Positions 19,406 through 30,343 of a DNA stretch of 64,000 bases are shown here, piece after piece (position 1 is the stretch's first letter; every line of letters begins with the position of its first letter). Position numbers and translations under genes: made by a program. Source of the stretch: a virus; UHGV virus genome UHGV-1366919, one strand, 5' to 3'. The notes below the pieces were generated by a model, which saw only the letters and a program-made list of their open reading frames with translations, was not told the origin of the DNA and did no database searches.

Positions 19406-19430
19406 TTTGTTAGTTATGTAATAAAAACTA

Positions 19431-19997
19431 TTATTGAGCTACAGCAACATTAGATATTCCGTCACTTGTATCATAGTACACATAGGCAAAAGTAACGTCG
19501 CAAGTTACTAGCGCACCGCTCCCATCCTCATAGTTAAATGTGATTGGATTAACATTTCTTATGGAAGCATGACGCAAATTATATGTTACTAAAGGATTAA
19601 GTTTTGAGTCAATTGTACTTATCGACACGTATTGATCTGCGCTTGGAAATCTATAATCACCGGTAGATGTTGTATCATTGAAAGTGATTCGAGAAGCCCG
19701 TTCTAATTTCTGGCGCGCTGTTCCTTCGGCATCCATAAAAAATTTAATCGTATATTCAGAGCTGCCGGTATATTTTACCGAGCCTGGATAATGTACTTCA
19801 AGCCCCATGTATTGTTGCGTTTGATTTACAATTTGACGGGCTGGAAGTTGAGTCGCAGTACAATAAATTATTTCATCACTAGTCAAAGCCAAAGCATCAG
19901 TATTAACGGCTACAAGACGAAAATTAAAGTCTCGTAAGAACTGGCGTTTTTGAGCTTGGGAAATGAAATCACGAATTCCTGGGATATTTCCGTTCAT
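19431..19997 (-). CDS. tail tube protein (gp19-like)
   Basis: Pattern similarity to T4 gp19: the N-terminal FLRDFNFRLVAV resembles FARPNLFQVEI, the central Y.CTATQLPA...EYTIKFFMDAEGTARQKLE resembles the gp19 core, and the C-terminal VTFAYVYYD resembles gp19 LALDYWE. Confidence 0.7.
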   Translation of the reverse strand: MNGNIPGIRDFISQAQKRQFLRDFNFRLVAVNTDALALTSDEIIYCTATQLPARQIVNQTQQYMGLEVHYPGSVKYTGSSEYTIKFFMDAEGTARQKLERASRITFNDTTSTGDYRFPSADQYVSISTIDSKLNPLVTYNLRHASIRNVNPITFNYEDGSGALVTCDVTFAYVYYDTSDGISNVAVAQ

Positions 19998-20033
19998 ATA
20001 TCTCTATTTAGATCAACTAAATATTAAAACATA

Positions 20034-21008
20034 ATGGCTAAGAAGATAGGTCCAATTCCAAGTTTTCTCAATAAGATCTCTAATAATTGGGGTCTATCTT
20101 TTATTTTTACTAAAATATGGGGAATTACTTTTCATCCGTCCAGAGGATTAAATTCTTTGGCTAGTTCCATTCAAAATGTTCTTACCAAATATGATGATAT
20201 AAATGATTTTCTTTCTTTTATCAATTCAGATGGAAACATTTATCGAAATATTTTAGGCAATAATGAGGCAATTTCAAATAGAATCGCTGAAATTGAAAGT
20301 TTTATTTTAGCTAATAAAATTTCTATTCCGAATGAAAATGTCAGTATTTCATTCCCAGCTTCTGTTCAAATTCCTAATGCCGGAGGGTTAATTCAGGGAA
20401 GAGTAGGAGAAGGACGTCGTTCTAATTTTAACGATTTGTCTATTACATTCCTTGATACTAACCGAGAATTAGTTGAATATATTATTAAACCATGGATTAT
20501 TGCCGTTGCACATCAAGGCTTAATTGAAGATCCGCAACTGGATAATTTAAAAGCAGATATTAAATGCTATTTCTTTGCAAAATCTTCTCCTAATTTTCAA
20601 GTAAAAAGAAATGGCGAACGATTAGTGCAAACTTCATTTTATCCTCAATATACCAATTCACAAAATTTGACTACTCAACCATATGTCTGGGGATCTAAGT
20701 CGACGGAATATATGGTTTCGAAAGCCAATGAAGAACAGCCGTATCTTAGGAAAATTATTACTTTTAGAGGTTGTGTTCCGCTTTCAATTCCTGATAAATC
20801 TTACAACTATGCAGGAGATATGGGAGCTGATGAAATGATGACTCCGATTAAATTTTCCTATGAATGGTATGAAGTTCAGGAAATGGCCGGAAAACCGTTT
20901 TCTTTAGGAGATGCTCTTGTTACTGAGGGGAAAACGACAACTTTGCCAACTATATATGATAATAGTATCGACCCCGAAACAAGTCTAAGAGGCGGAAATA
21001 TAGTTTAA
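20034..21008 (+). CDS. hypothetical tail-module protein
   Basis: 324-aa ORF, first gene of the long plus-strand tail block. Confidence 0.55.
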   Translation: MAKKIGPIPSFLNKISNNWGLSFIFTKIWGITFHPSRGLNSLASSIQNVLTKYDDINDFLSFINSDGNIYRNILGNNEAISNRIAEIESFILANKISIPNENVSISFPASVQIPNAGGLIQGRVGEGRRSNFNDLSITFLDTNRELVEYIIKPWIIAVAHQGLIEDPQLDNLKADIKCYFFAKSSPNFQVKRNGERLVQTSFYPQYTNSQNLTTQPYVWGSKSTEYMVSKANEEQPYLRKIITFRGCVPLSIPDKSYNYAGDMGADEMMTPIKFSYEWYEVQEMAGKPFSLGDALVTEGKTTTLPTIYDNSIDPETSLRGGNIV

Positions 21009-21012
21009 CAGC

Positions 21013-21849
21013 ATGTTTAAATTTAAATGTAAGTTACCTTCCAAAAAGGTTGTTTATTGTGAAGAGATTACTAATGAAACTTATATTTCTCTTCACAAAT
21101 ATGTAATGAATAATGACCTTCTTGGATTTTATAAAGAATTAGATGGGCATATTGCAAAAACTGTACCTGAAATCTATTCCTTAAATTTATTAGATAAAGT
21201 TTACATTTATTTGAGTATTCGAGCTTATTCTATTTCTGATGCTATTGAATTAAAAACAGATAATTTCTTCAATAAAGACTTATACAGTTTATTTGATACT
21301 TTAGATAATCTTCGAGAAACCTTTTTTGAACCTATTGAAACAATTATTGAAACCAAATCAGGGAATGCAAAATTTAAAATTAATTGTCCATTTCTATTTG
21401 AAGAAATAGATGATGAATTACTTCCTGATATTTTATCGGGAGTTAAAAATATTAATTTAAATTCACAAGAATTTTGTTTAGAAACTTCTAAAGATTTATT
21501 AGCTCTAAACTATCTTATTACTCCTGAAAATTATAATAAATTAAATGATTTAATTCTTCAGAAATACAATATTAATATTATTTTTGCTAAGGGTAAAATA
21601 GAACTTCCTTTACTAAGCCATCTGACATATAGATTTATTGCTGAAAGCCTTTTCTTTAATGATTTAGACGGACTTTATACTCTTTCTTACTCTCTTTTAA
21701 GGCATCTTAATTTATCTCTCTCGGATTTTAATAAAATGTCTCCCATTGAATCAACTATTTTTATGTCTAAGCTCATCAAAGAGAAAGAAGAAGAGAGAGA
21801 AGCTGAAGAAAAAAATAACTCAAATAATAAGAATGAGTTTATCTTTTAG
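21013..21849 (+). CDS. hypothetical protein, possible tail assembly chaperone (acidic C-terminus)
   Basis: Lies upstream of the tape-measure gene. The C-terminus is acidic (EKEEEREAEEKNN). Confidence 0.45.
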   Translation: MFKFKCKLPSKKVVYCEEITNETYISLHKYVMNNDLLGFYKELDGHIAKTVPEIYSLNLLDKVYIYLSIRAYSISDAIELKTDNFFNKDLYSLFDTLDNLRETFFEPIETIIETKSGNAKFKINCPFLFEEIDDELLPDILSGVKNINLNSQEFCLETSKDLLALNYLITPENYNKLNDLILQKYNINIIFAKGKIELPLLSHLTYRFIAESLFFNDLDGLYTLSYSLLRHLNLSLSDFNKMSPIESTIFMSKLIKEKEEEREAEEKNNSNNKNEFIF

Positions 21850-21866
21850 CTGATTAATTAAATCAT

Positions 21867-22664
21867 ATGGCACAACATTTATCCACTTTATTCAGTTCTC
21901 TTGAAAATATTAAAAAGACTACTGAATTAGATGAAAAGTATAAAATTTCTGAACTTACTCTTGCTCAACAACGGGAATTAATTGTTTCCGTTTTTGACCC
22001 CTTTGAAACTCCGGCGAAACTTGGAATTGCCTTTAATAATATTATTAATTCCTGTGTTGAAACAACTGACGGAACTAATAAAGATATTACTATTGTTGAA
22101 AAACCGATGCTTCTTCGTGCACTTCGGGATTTAACAATCGGAGATAAGTTTACCAAAAAGGTTATCGATGATGAAGGAAATGAAAAAACTGAAAATTATC
22201 AGTTCAATACTCTTAATCCTAAAGCTTTTCATAAAATTAAAAAAGAAAAAGAGATTCGTTTAGATGGAGTTATCAAAATTACTCTTTGTGCTCCGACTCT
22301 TTCCCGCGATACTGAAGTTAATAAAACTATTATTCAGAAAATCAACAATTATCGAAGAAATATTGAAAGCAGACGTCATCAGCCTGACCCGGGAGAGATT
22401 GCGGCTCAATATCTTATTTGTGAATTAACAAAGTATATTAAGTCTATTCAAATCAATGAAGAAATTTTTAACTTTACTGATTTAATTGTTGATGAACAAA
22501 TTAAAGTAATCAATAGCCTTCCTCAGGAACATATTAATAAAATTACTGATTTTATTGAAGAAGTTAAAAAGGGTGAAGAATTAGCTTTTACTGCTACTAA
22601 TTTAGAGACCGGAAAACAAGAGAAAATCAGTATTGAACATAATATTTTCTCGAAGGAGCTCTAA
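21867..22664 (+). CDS. hypothetical protein (tail module)
   Basis: 265-aa ORF immediately upstream of the tape-measure gene. Confidence 0.5.
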   Translation: MAQHLSTLFSSLENIKKTTELDEKYKISELTLAQQRELIVSVFDPFETPAKLGIAFNNIINSCVETTDGTNKDITIVEKPMLLRALRDLTIGDKFTKKVIDDEGNEKTENYQFNTLNPKAFHKIKKEKEIRLDGVIKITLCAPTLSRDTEVNKTIIQKINNYRRNIESRRHQPDPGEIAAQYLICELTKYIKSIQINEEIFNFTDLIVDEQIKVINSLPQEHINKITDFIEEVKKGEELAFTATNLETGKQEKISIEHNIFSKEL

Positions 22665-22683
22665 GGTTTTCACCTTTAAATAA

Positions 22684-24912
22684 TTGCTAATACAGGCAAT
22701 TATCATGGCAGAAGCTCTTGAAATAAAACTTCCACAGTCTTTCTTTGATGCTCTTGAAGAAATTAAAGAAAGTTCTGAAGAAAGAAATGACAATAGAAGT
22801 GATTCAGACTTTTATGCCAAAAATATTTTAAATGGTGGAAATATTCAAAAAGTTGCTCCAACTTTTACAAGTCAATTAGCTAAAGGTTATGAAGATATTG
22901 GTGCCGCTATTTTTAAAGGCGGTACTAAAATCTTTTTTGAATATTGGGATAAGATTAAAAAACAAGAGGAATATAAAAAAGTAGATAAATCTCCTGCAAA
23001 ACAAATCAATCCCATCATCAATGTTAATCTTCCAAAGGAAAAAGTTCCTAAATTACCTCCGACTGGGTCATTGTCTGATCTTGCTCTTTTAGCCCTTTTA
23101 TTATTGGGATTAGCTGGAAGAACTGGTCCTCTTGGACAAATTGTTGAGTCTATTGCTTATCTCCCTGAAGCTTTAAGGGGATTAGTAGGAGCTAAATGGG
23201 TTAAAAGTATTATTGAAAAAATTAAAGAGCCTCTTAAAGCTTTTAAAAATGGCTTAAAAGCTATTCCTAAATTTTTTGAAAGTTTTGGTAAGTTAGGAAA
23301 CTTTATTGGTAAAACTATTAGTAGGCTGGGTAAAATCACTGGAAATATTTTTTCATTATTGGGAAAAACCGGAATAGGTATTATTACTAAAACAGTTGGG
23401 CCCTTCTTAAAAAAGCTTCCTTTAATCGGAACAGTAATGTCATTATATCAGGCTTATCTTCGATATAATGAAGGAAACTATAGCCAGGCAATTATGGAAT
23501 TATTTGCCGGGATTTTACCATTCTTCGGACCGGTTGGTGCCGGGGTAGCAATAGGTATTAATGTACTTCAAATGCTTTGGGATGGTAATGTTGGGGGAAG
23601 CGGAGTTGCAAAAGCCGCATTAAAGGGTGGAGCAACACTTGCTCGGAATTTTATATCGATGTTTCCGAAAACCCTTGTCAAGCTATTAAAGCCAGTAAGT
23701 ACCGCACTTAGAAGAATTCCAATTTTTGGTGGCTTAATAGGTCTTGGATTTGCTATTAATGATTTTAAAAATGGCAATAATTTATCCGGAGCATTAAATT
23801 TAGTCTCAGGTATTGCAACATTTCTTGACTTATTAATTCCTGGTTTGGGAACAGGTATTGCTATTGGAATAGATGCAATAAATTATTGGGTTAATAATAC
23901 TGAAAGTGGTAAAAATTTTACCAATAATACTTCTGATTGGTTGGGAAAAGCCTGGACTTGGATGAAAGATCTTTCCAAATATATCTGGGATGGTATTTTA
24001 GCTGGCTATAAATGGCTCGAAGATATTTTAGGAAAAGCCTGGCAAGGTATTAAATCTTTCTTTAATGATATTATTAATTGGTATAAAGACGCATTTAAAA
24101 TTATCGGTAAGAAATTAGATGATACCTGGAATTTTATTTTAGGTTCCGTTAAAAAATCTATTTCTAATACTATTGATACTGTTAAAAGCGGATTTGATAG
24201 AATAACTGAAACTTTTAATACTGTTAAAGGTTTTGTTAATGATAAAATTATTAAGCCGTTTAAATCTTTAGTAAATCATGTTCTTATTCCTGTTCTTAAA
24301 CTTAAGGATAAGATTATGGGAACTAGTACAGCTGAAGAATATCAAAAAAGCTTAAATCAATTTTCTGCTGAAATTAAGTCTGTCTCTGATTTAGATACTC
24401 AACAATTAAGAGCTTTGCAAATTGCTCGAGCCGAAGCTTTTAAAAAGTTTGGTACCGATTCGTTAAACGATTCTTCCAAGAAATATAAAGAAGCAATGGA
24501 GTATATTAAAGCCAGACAGGCTGAGCTTAATAATACTTCTGCTGATAGTCTTAGTAAGATTCAATCTGATTTAGAAAAAAGTTCTACCACTACTGTTATT
24601 GATAAACGCTTGGAAAAAGCTAATGTTAATACAAAGATTGAATTAGAAAATACCAAAACAACTTTAGATGCTCAAAAGATTTCTCTTCAAGAAGCTTTAA
24701 AGAAAAACAACCTGCAAACTAATAACATTGCTACTGACCAAGCTACATATATGAATAAACTTCTTTCGGGAATTGACCGTTTAATTGATACGGTCAAGGA
24801 TAAACCTGTTGCTTTTGCTAATCTTAATATGCCTCAGGTAAATGTTAATAATATAGGTAATGGAGGTTCTTATCAAGGAGCTTCCGATCCTAGATATGGA
24901 TATAGGTATTAA
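22684..24912 (+). CDS. tail tape-measure protein
   Basis: Gly/Ala/Leu-rich hydrophobic segments (GIGIITKTVGPFL; GPVGAGVAIGINVLQ; GLGTGIAIGIDAI) are followed by a long coiled-coil-like, Lys/Glu-rich C-terminal half. It sits between the tube/chaperone genes and the baseplate genes. Confidence 0.7.
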   Translation: MLIQAIIMAEALEIKLPQSFFDALEEIKESSEERNDNRSDSDFYAKNILNGGNIQKVAPTFTSQLAKGYEDIGAAIFKGGTKIFFEYWDKIKKQEEYKKVDKSPAKQINPIINVNLPKEKVPKLPPTGSLSDLALLALLLLGLAGRTGPLGQIVESIAYLPEALRGLVGAKWVKSIIEKIKEPLKAFKNGLKAIPKFFESFGKLGNFIGKTISRLGKITGNIFSLLGKTGIGIITKTVGPFLKKLPLIGTVMSLYQAYLRYNEGNYSQAIMELFAGILPFFGPVGAGVAIGINVLQMLWDGNVGGSGVAKAALKGGATLARNFISMFPKTLVKLLKPVSTALRRIPIFGGLIGLGFAINDFKNGNNLSGALNLVSGIATFLDLLIPGLGTGIAIGIDAINYWVNNTESGKNFTNNTSDWLGKAWTWMKDLSKYIWDGILAGYKWLEDILGKAWQGIKSFFNDIINWYKDAFKIIGKKLDDTWNFILGSVKKSISNTIDTVKSGFDRITETFNTVKGFVNDKIIKPFKSLVNHVLIPVLKLKDKIMGTSTAEEYQKSLNQFSAEIKSVSDLDTQQLRALQIARAEAFKKFGTDSLNDSSKKYKEAMEYIKARQAELNNTSADSLSKIQSDLEKSSTTTVIDKRLEKANVNTKIELENTKTTLDAQKISLQEALKKNNLQTNNIATDQATYMNKLLSGIDRLIDTVKDKPVAFANLNMPQVNVNNIGNGGSYQGASDPRYGYRY

Positions 24913-24914
24913 TT

Positions 24915-26147
24915 ATGGCCCTTACACCTCAAGAAGAAGCTGGAATTCGTGAAAGAGCTGCCATTGCAGTAGCCGAGGCAGAAGCAGCAAAAGAAAAAGC
25001 AGCTAAGTCAAAAACTCAGGCTGCTGCAAATACTATCCCAAAAACATCTAATGGGGTACAAGAAAAAAATTCAGCTCGGTATTCTCAAATGGAGAATACT
25101 TATAATGAACTTCTTTCAAATGTTACTTCTGATGTTAAAAATGATATTAAGAATGGAGATATTGTTAATATTTTAAAGGATTATGACTGGATTGTCAATA
25201 AGGCAAAAACAGAAGATCTTTTACCGTGTGCCTATGTTAGAGAATTTCGCCAAAATGTCTCTACATTTGCAATGTCCATGAAATGGCTGCTAAACAATGT
25301 TTCAACAGGATTTATTGATACTTTTGCTAAAGTTGTCGGGCAATTTAGCGAAGCTGGAGGAGAAGCTTTAAAAAAAATAGGAAATAGTTTAGGAGATGCT
25401 GTATCAAATGCAACTTCCAGTACAAATATCTATAATACTATTGTTACAGGAAATAATCATCTGAGTCCATATGAAAATATGTATTCGTATGATACTACTA
25501 ATTGTTTAAAATATGTATTTCCATATTTTGATAATGATTATATCAGTCTTTCTAATTCATTTTCTGATTCTCCTCAAACTAGATCATGGTTTCAGACATC
25601 TTTAGCAAATAACCTTGATGTTATTGCTGGTATTTCTGGTAATCTGCAAGGAGCTTCTAATGTCGGTGATATGATCGGTAATATGCTCAATAAAGATAAT
25701 AGCTTTACTTGGTCAAATGACGGAATTTATCTTGAAAAACCAAAATATTTCCAATATGAAAGCTCTCAGGATGCAGTAGCTATTAATTTTATTCTTTATA
25801 ATACGGTTAATCATGGAGGTTTAGAAGATACTGCTTGGAAGAAAAATTATCGATTTATCAAGAATATTGCTCTTAAAAATCTTCCATACAGGTTAGATGC
25901 TTTCAAATATAAAACTCCAGCTCTCTATGAAGTGTCAGTTCCGGGAACAAAATATTTCCCAGTCTCTTTTGTCTCTAAATTAGAAGTTAAAAATTTAGGT
26001 ACAAGAAGATTTCTCCAATATAAAAGTAATCAAAAAGTATTAGTTCCGGACGCCTGGCAAATAACTATTGTTTTTCAATCATTATTGTATAAATCAGCTA
26101 ACCTTTATGCAACAGCATTAGAAAAAGGTCCAACTATCATAAAGTAA
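24915..26147 (+). CDS. hypothetical tail/baseplate protein
   Basis: 410-aa ORF coupled to the tape-measure gene. Confidence 0.55.
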   Translation: MALTPQEEAGIRERAAIAVAEAEAAKEKAAKSKTQAAANTIPKTSNGVQEKNSARYSQMENTYNELLSNVTSDVKNDIKNGDIVNILKDYDWIVNKAKTEDLLPCAYVREFRQNVSTFAMSMKWLLNNVSTGFIDTFAKVVGQFSEAGGEALKKIGNSLGDAVSNATSSTNIYNTIVTGNNHLSPYENMYSYDTTNCLKYVFPYFDNDYISLSNSFSDSPQTRSWFQTSLANNLDVIAGISGNLQGASNVGDMIGNMLNKDNSFTWSNDGIYLEKPKYFQYESSQDAVAINFILYNTVNHGGLEDTAWKKNYRFIKNIALKNLPYRLDAFKYKTPALYEVSVPGTKYFPVSFVSKLEVKNLGTRRFLQYKSNQKVLVPDAWQITIVFQSLLYKSANLYATALEKGPTIIK

Positions 26148-26150
26148 ACC

Positions 26151-26462
26151 ATGTTATATTCTTCAATTTTTAATACATATTATACTCAGGATAATGTACC
26201 TTTTTATAATATTCTGAAGAAAATTCAGTTGCCTGAAGACAAGACAAGTGAATTATATACGACATATATTGTTCCTTACAGCATGCCCTGGACAACATTA
26301 AGTTATCTAATTTATGGCGATTTAACTTATTATTGGTTAATTTTATTGGCAAATACTAATAAAAAATTAAATCCAATGTATGCCAGTGTAAGCGATAAGA
26401 TTTTTATTGTTAAACCCGAATATCTGTCAATGGTTGTTGAAGCTATTGAAAATGAAATATGA
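26151..26462 (+). CDS. small protein with a LysM-like / tail-protein-X-like segment
   Basis: YIVPYSMPWTTLSYLIYGDLTYYWLILLANTN loosely fits the LysM pattern Y.V..GDTL..IA..YG....L...N. The match is weak. Confidence 0.35.
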   Translation: MLYSSIFNTYYTQDNVPFYNILKKIQLPEDKTSELYTTYIVPYSMPWTTLSYLIYGDLTYYWLILLANTNKKLNPMYASVSDKIFIVKPEYLSMVVEAIENEI

Positions 26463-28057
26463 GAATTATTAAGTCAAATCCTAATATCATAGAAAATATT
26501 GAAATTCAGACCATTAACGGGGCTGATTACAGGATTGGTTTATTCTTTGAGTCGAAAGATGATAAAAATGCTTTCATGGTAATTCCATGGGGGATTATTA
26601 ATAGTTTTACCTATGCAGATGATATTCGTAATGTTGGATTAACTGGGGAAATTATTCTTGATAATATTTCTAATGTTTTTGATCCAATTCTTAATAATAC
26701 TGATAAATTTTATTTGGGATTTTATTCTTATAATACCTATACAAATTATGAAGAAAATGTTTATTTTAGCATTTTCTCTTCATCAATGATTGGCAATAAA
26801 ACATCTTCTACTTCTTCTATCTATTCTTTAAAAATTGAAGAAGCTTTTATGGTAGAAGGAGCTAATAGAAATCTTAGTACTTTAAGTTTGGCTAATGGAG
26901 GGTCAAATCTTACGACAACTCCCGCTCCTATTAGAACTACTGATAATCTTCAAATTACTACGCCGGTTCCTAAAGCTGAAATAACATCTACCACTCTTGA
27001 AGATTTAATTGAATTTGCTTATGACTTTTTGTTATTAGATTTAAAAATTGCAGAAAGCGGAGAATCTACAAATAGTTTATATACGGTTGCATCTAAATCA
27101 ACTCCCAGAATTATTGATGTAGATAAACATTCATTTGAATATTTTAAATCTAATTGTCCTTCTGGACAAATTGGAGAAGCGATTTATAAAAATATTGATG
27201 ATACTACATCTGTTACAATACTGCTTAATACTATTAACAAGAACGTTTACTTTCCAAAAGCTATTGAGCATGATGGAGGAAAAACTACCAAAGTAGACCT
27301 GTTAATTGGAGATGTCGGCACAGCTCGTTCTGAAAATTTATCTTTTATTAAAACAAATAATAAAAACATTTATAAAAATGATGTTTTGTTTGGAGAACGA
27401 AAAATAACTATTCGTAATATTAAAGATACTTTTACCGCCTGTTTTCAGGATAATCAAATTTATGAAGCAATAATTAACCAGACAGATAGGACCGTTCCAA
27501 ATGATATTGCAAAACCTGCTTTCTATAGTCCGTCATTTATCTATAATGTTCAGACATTTCCGGTCACTACCATTTTGATTAATAATGAATGGTGTGATTG
27601 TGTAGTGGCTCCAATTAACCAACCTGATACGTTTTCAACTACCCTTTATAAGTTTAATGATCTGGTTGAAACATTTGAGAAGGAATATCTCCATCAAAAA
27701 ACAAAATCTAATATTTCTATTTCAACTGCCGAAAGTCGGGGAATTACTAGAAAAGTACCTCCCTTTAATGATAATAATGTAAATTTTGCAGTATCAGCAA
27801 GACTCATTAGAACAATGTTTACAATGAATAAGTCTATTCAATTATCATTACCGGGCAATTCATATCGAAAGGCAAATGAAATCATTTATGTCGATAAAAA
27901 TTTAGTTTCAGCAAATAATGATAAAAATGGTACACAAACAATTTTTTCTAATTTAATTGAGAGTAACTATTATTTTGTTACTCGAGTTGTTCATACCTTT
28001 AAAGGCCAACAATATAGTAATGAACTATTTCTAAGCTCTTTCTGTAATCCTCTATAA
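26459..28057 (+). CDS. hypothetical baseplate protein
   Basis: 532-aa ORF with an ATGA overlap with the upstream gene. Confidence 0.5.
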   Translation: MRIIKSNPNIIENIEIQTINGADYRIGLFFESKDDKNAFMVIPWGIINSFTYADDIRNVGLTGEIILDNISNVFDPILNNTDKFYLGFYSYNTYTNYEENVYFSIFSSSMIGNKTSSTSSIYSLKIEEAFMVEGANRNLSTLSLANGGSNLTTTPAPIRTTDNLQITTPVPKAEITSTTLEDLIEFAYDFLLLDLKIAESGESTNSLYTVASKSTPRIIDVDKHSFEYFKSNCPSGQIGEAIYKNIDDTTSVTILLNTINKNVYFPKAIEHDGGKTTKVDLLIGDVGTARSENLSFIKTNNKNIYKNDVLFGERKITIRNIKDTFTACFQDNQIYEAIINQTDRTVPNDIAKPAFYSPSFIYNVQTFPVTTILINNEWCDCVVAPINQPDTFSTTLYKFNDLVETFEKEYLHQKTKSNISISTAESRGITRKVPPFNDNNVNFAVSARLIRTMFTMNKSIQLSLPGNSYRKANEIIYVDKNLVSANNDKNGTQTIFSNLIESNYYFVTRVVHTFKGQQYSNELFLSSFCNPL

Positions 28058-28063
28058 AGCAAC

Positions 28064-29734
28064 ATGTTCATTTATAAGCTAAATTCAATCGAAAAATTAT
28101 TAACCGTAGCTAAAAATCGGGAATATGTACAAAATAATCCTGAACTTTGTAAGCTGCTTGAAAATCCTTTAATTAAGGATGATACTGAATTAGCTATTCA
28201 TTATAATGAATATAAGTTGAATTATCCTAATTCAGCTAAAAAGTTTGTAGATTATTTTTATATGCACGGGCCTGAACTTGATGTTGGGTCCTTGGATGAA
28301 TGGCGTACCATTATTCAAAATGATCCTGAACTTTTAGAGGAAGCAAATAAGAATGATTGTCGAATTGACGAGATTTGGGCTGAAAAACAAGCAGATAAAG
28401 AAAAGAATTATTCTTGGTCAACATTAGCAGATTTATATGACTGCTTATCTAAGCCATGTCAATATACTAATATGATTTCTCCTTCTATTGGTACAATTGG
28501 AGATAATCAGCCAAAATATAATCTTAAAAATACAAGTGGTTCTGATGAAGCAACTACTTTATTAGGTATTCCGGCATATATGATTAATAAAATGCCCCGG
28601 TATTTGCTTCAAGGTATTACCCAGTTAACTGACATGATTTCTTTGCAGTCTTCTGATATTTTTAATAAGATATTAGGCAGTAAAAAAGCTGTTAAAGAGG
28701 ACCCATATATTCTTAAAGATGTTGAAACTATTGGAGGAGACGTACTTGGTACTATTGCTTCAAGGATGGGTGATTGCTTCCGTCTTTATGAATATAAAAG
28801 ACGTTATAACCCATATGATTATGAACAAAATATGACCAGATCTGACCGATTTGGTACAGTAGTTTATGATGAGAATGGTAATCCCCATGTAAAAACACCA
28901 AATGGCAATAGTATGGAAAGTAAAACTGCCATTTTCTCGGATAATAGTCGTCTTAATCCAAATGTGAGCATAAACGATATTCGATTAAAAAATATTGGAG
29001 AAGTATCTCAGGATAATACTCTTCCAATAAAAATTACTGCTTATAATCCTATCTTTCTTCCGGACGGGCGTTATTATATTGATGCTAATACTTCTAATTA
29101 TGATAATGTTGGAATAGTCAGTGGAACTAATGAATCTGGAGTACGTCTTTTGCCGAATAGTGCATCTGGTATTGAACAATTGTCTAAAGAAAATAAAATA
29201 CTTCACGTCGGGTGTGCAACGCGTCCTAGAGATGTGATAAAATATTATCAGGCTTTTCTTATTAAAAATTATCCAAATCTTTCTCTTCCAAAGAACTTCT
29301 CAACATTAGTATCAAGAGCAATCAAATATTCTGATTTAAATGTTGTTCTTTTCTTCCCTAATGGACAACGTGTACTTCCAGTTTTTGATACTGGTGGTGG
29401 CCAACCTGAATCTCCTTGGATTGATATAACTGCCCAATATTTCTTTACTAAAGAAGGATGGGGGTTAGCTACACTCTATGATTCTTCCGGTAAAGCTATA
29501 ACAAGCGATGCCAATAATCCGATGCCAGAATTATTGGCATCTTCTGAACTTTCTAAAGCTAAGATTCAGCCTTATAAAATTAAGGCAATGAAGATTAACG
29601 GTGCTCCTAATAATAATGGGATAATTAACGGAAAATATTTCTTTTCTGAAAGTTTCTGTCAAACTAATGGATTAGATCCTCAAGTATATGCTCAAGTTGA
29701 TCAGGGAGCTCGCTTGGCTGGACTTCAAACTTAA
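28064..29734 (+). CDS. hypothetical baseplate/tail protein
   Basis: 556-aa ORF. Confidence 0.55.
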   Translation: MFIYKLNSIEKLLTVAKNREYVQNNPELCKLLENPLIKDDTELAIHYNEYKLNYPNSAKKFVDYFYMHGPELDVGSLDEWRTIIQNDPELLEEANKNDCRIDEIWAEKQADKEKNYSWSTLADLYDCLSKPCQYTNMISPSIGTIGDNQPKYNLKNTSGSDEATTLLGIPAYMINKMPRYLLQGITQLTDMISLQSSDIFNKILGSKKAVKEDPYILKDVETIGGDVLGTIASRMGDCFRLYEYKRRYNPYDYEQNMTRSDRFGTVVYDENGNPHVKTPNGNSMESKTAIFSDNSRLNPNVSINDIRLKNIGEVSQDNTLPIKITAYNPIFLPDGRYYIDANTSNYDNVGIVSGTNESGVRLLPNSASGIEQLSKENKILHVGCATRPRDVIKYYQAFLIKNYPNLSLPKNFSTLVSRAIKYSDLNVVLFFPNGQRVLPVFDTGGGQPESPWIDITAQYFFTKEGWGLATLYDSSGKAITSDANNPMPELLASSELSKAKIQPYKIKAMKINGAPNNNGIINGKYFFSESFCQTNGLDPQVYAQVDQGARLAGLQT

Positions 29735-29770
29735 TATAGTCATCTATTATCAAATTAAAAAGAGGAAAAT

Positions 29771-30268
29771 TTATTCATCTTCCTCTTTTTCTTCATTTTC
29801 AGGAGTTACTGTCCTTATTTCAGGAATAATATCATCGTCCAATAACTTCATAACTTCTTCTCGTGTCATTGGGGGACGAGTCATAGACATATTAATCTGT
29901 TGAAGCTTAGCCGCCTGTTTAAATTCTTCAAGTTCTTTTGCTTGTTTTAATTTTTCATTATTAAGAAAGATCTTTGTTAAATTTTCTACTGCTTTAGTCT
30001 TAGAACCAATCATTTCTGCAACAGATGTAATTAATTCTGCATCAGGAGTAGATCTAATTTGCTGCAGTAAAACATTAATAATATCTTGAGTAGTAGATAC
30101 AGTTTCTACACCACTTTTAATAATGTAATCTTCCAATTGTTCCCTATCTAAATGTTCAATTTCTTGATTTTCAATTTTAGCTGGAACTAAACTAGGTTGA
30201 GCTGATTCTTTGGATAATTCATCCAGAATCATTTGTAAAGAATCATCAGCATAATCTTGATTTAACAT
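29771..30268 (-). CDS. hypothetical acidic protein
   Basis: 165-aa ORF with an acidic C-terminus (ENEEKEEDE). Confidence 0.5.
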   Translation of the reverse strand: MLNQDYADDSLQMILDELSKESAQPSLVPAKIENQEIEHLDREQLEDYIIKSGVETVSTTQDIINVLLQQIRSTPDAELITSVAEMIGSKTKAVENLTKIFLNNEKLKQAKELEEFKQAAKLQQINMSMTRPPMTREEVMKLLDDDIIPEIRTVTPENEEKEEDE

Positions 30269-30343
30269 TATTGATAGTTAATAGTGCACCTTTTAAAATT
30301 AAGAAATTAATTACAAATCTATTAAAAGAATATATTATAAATT

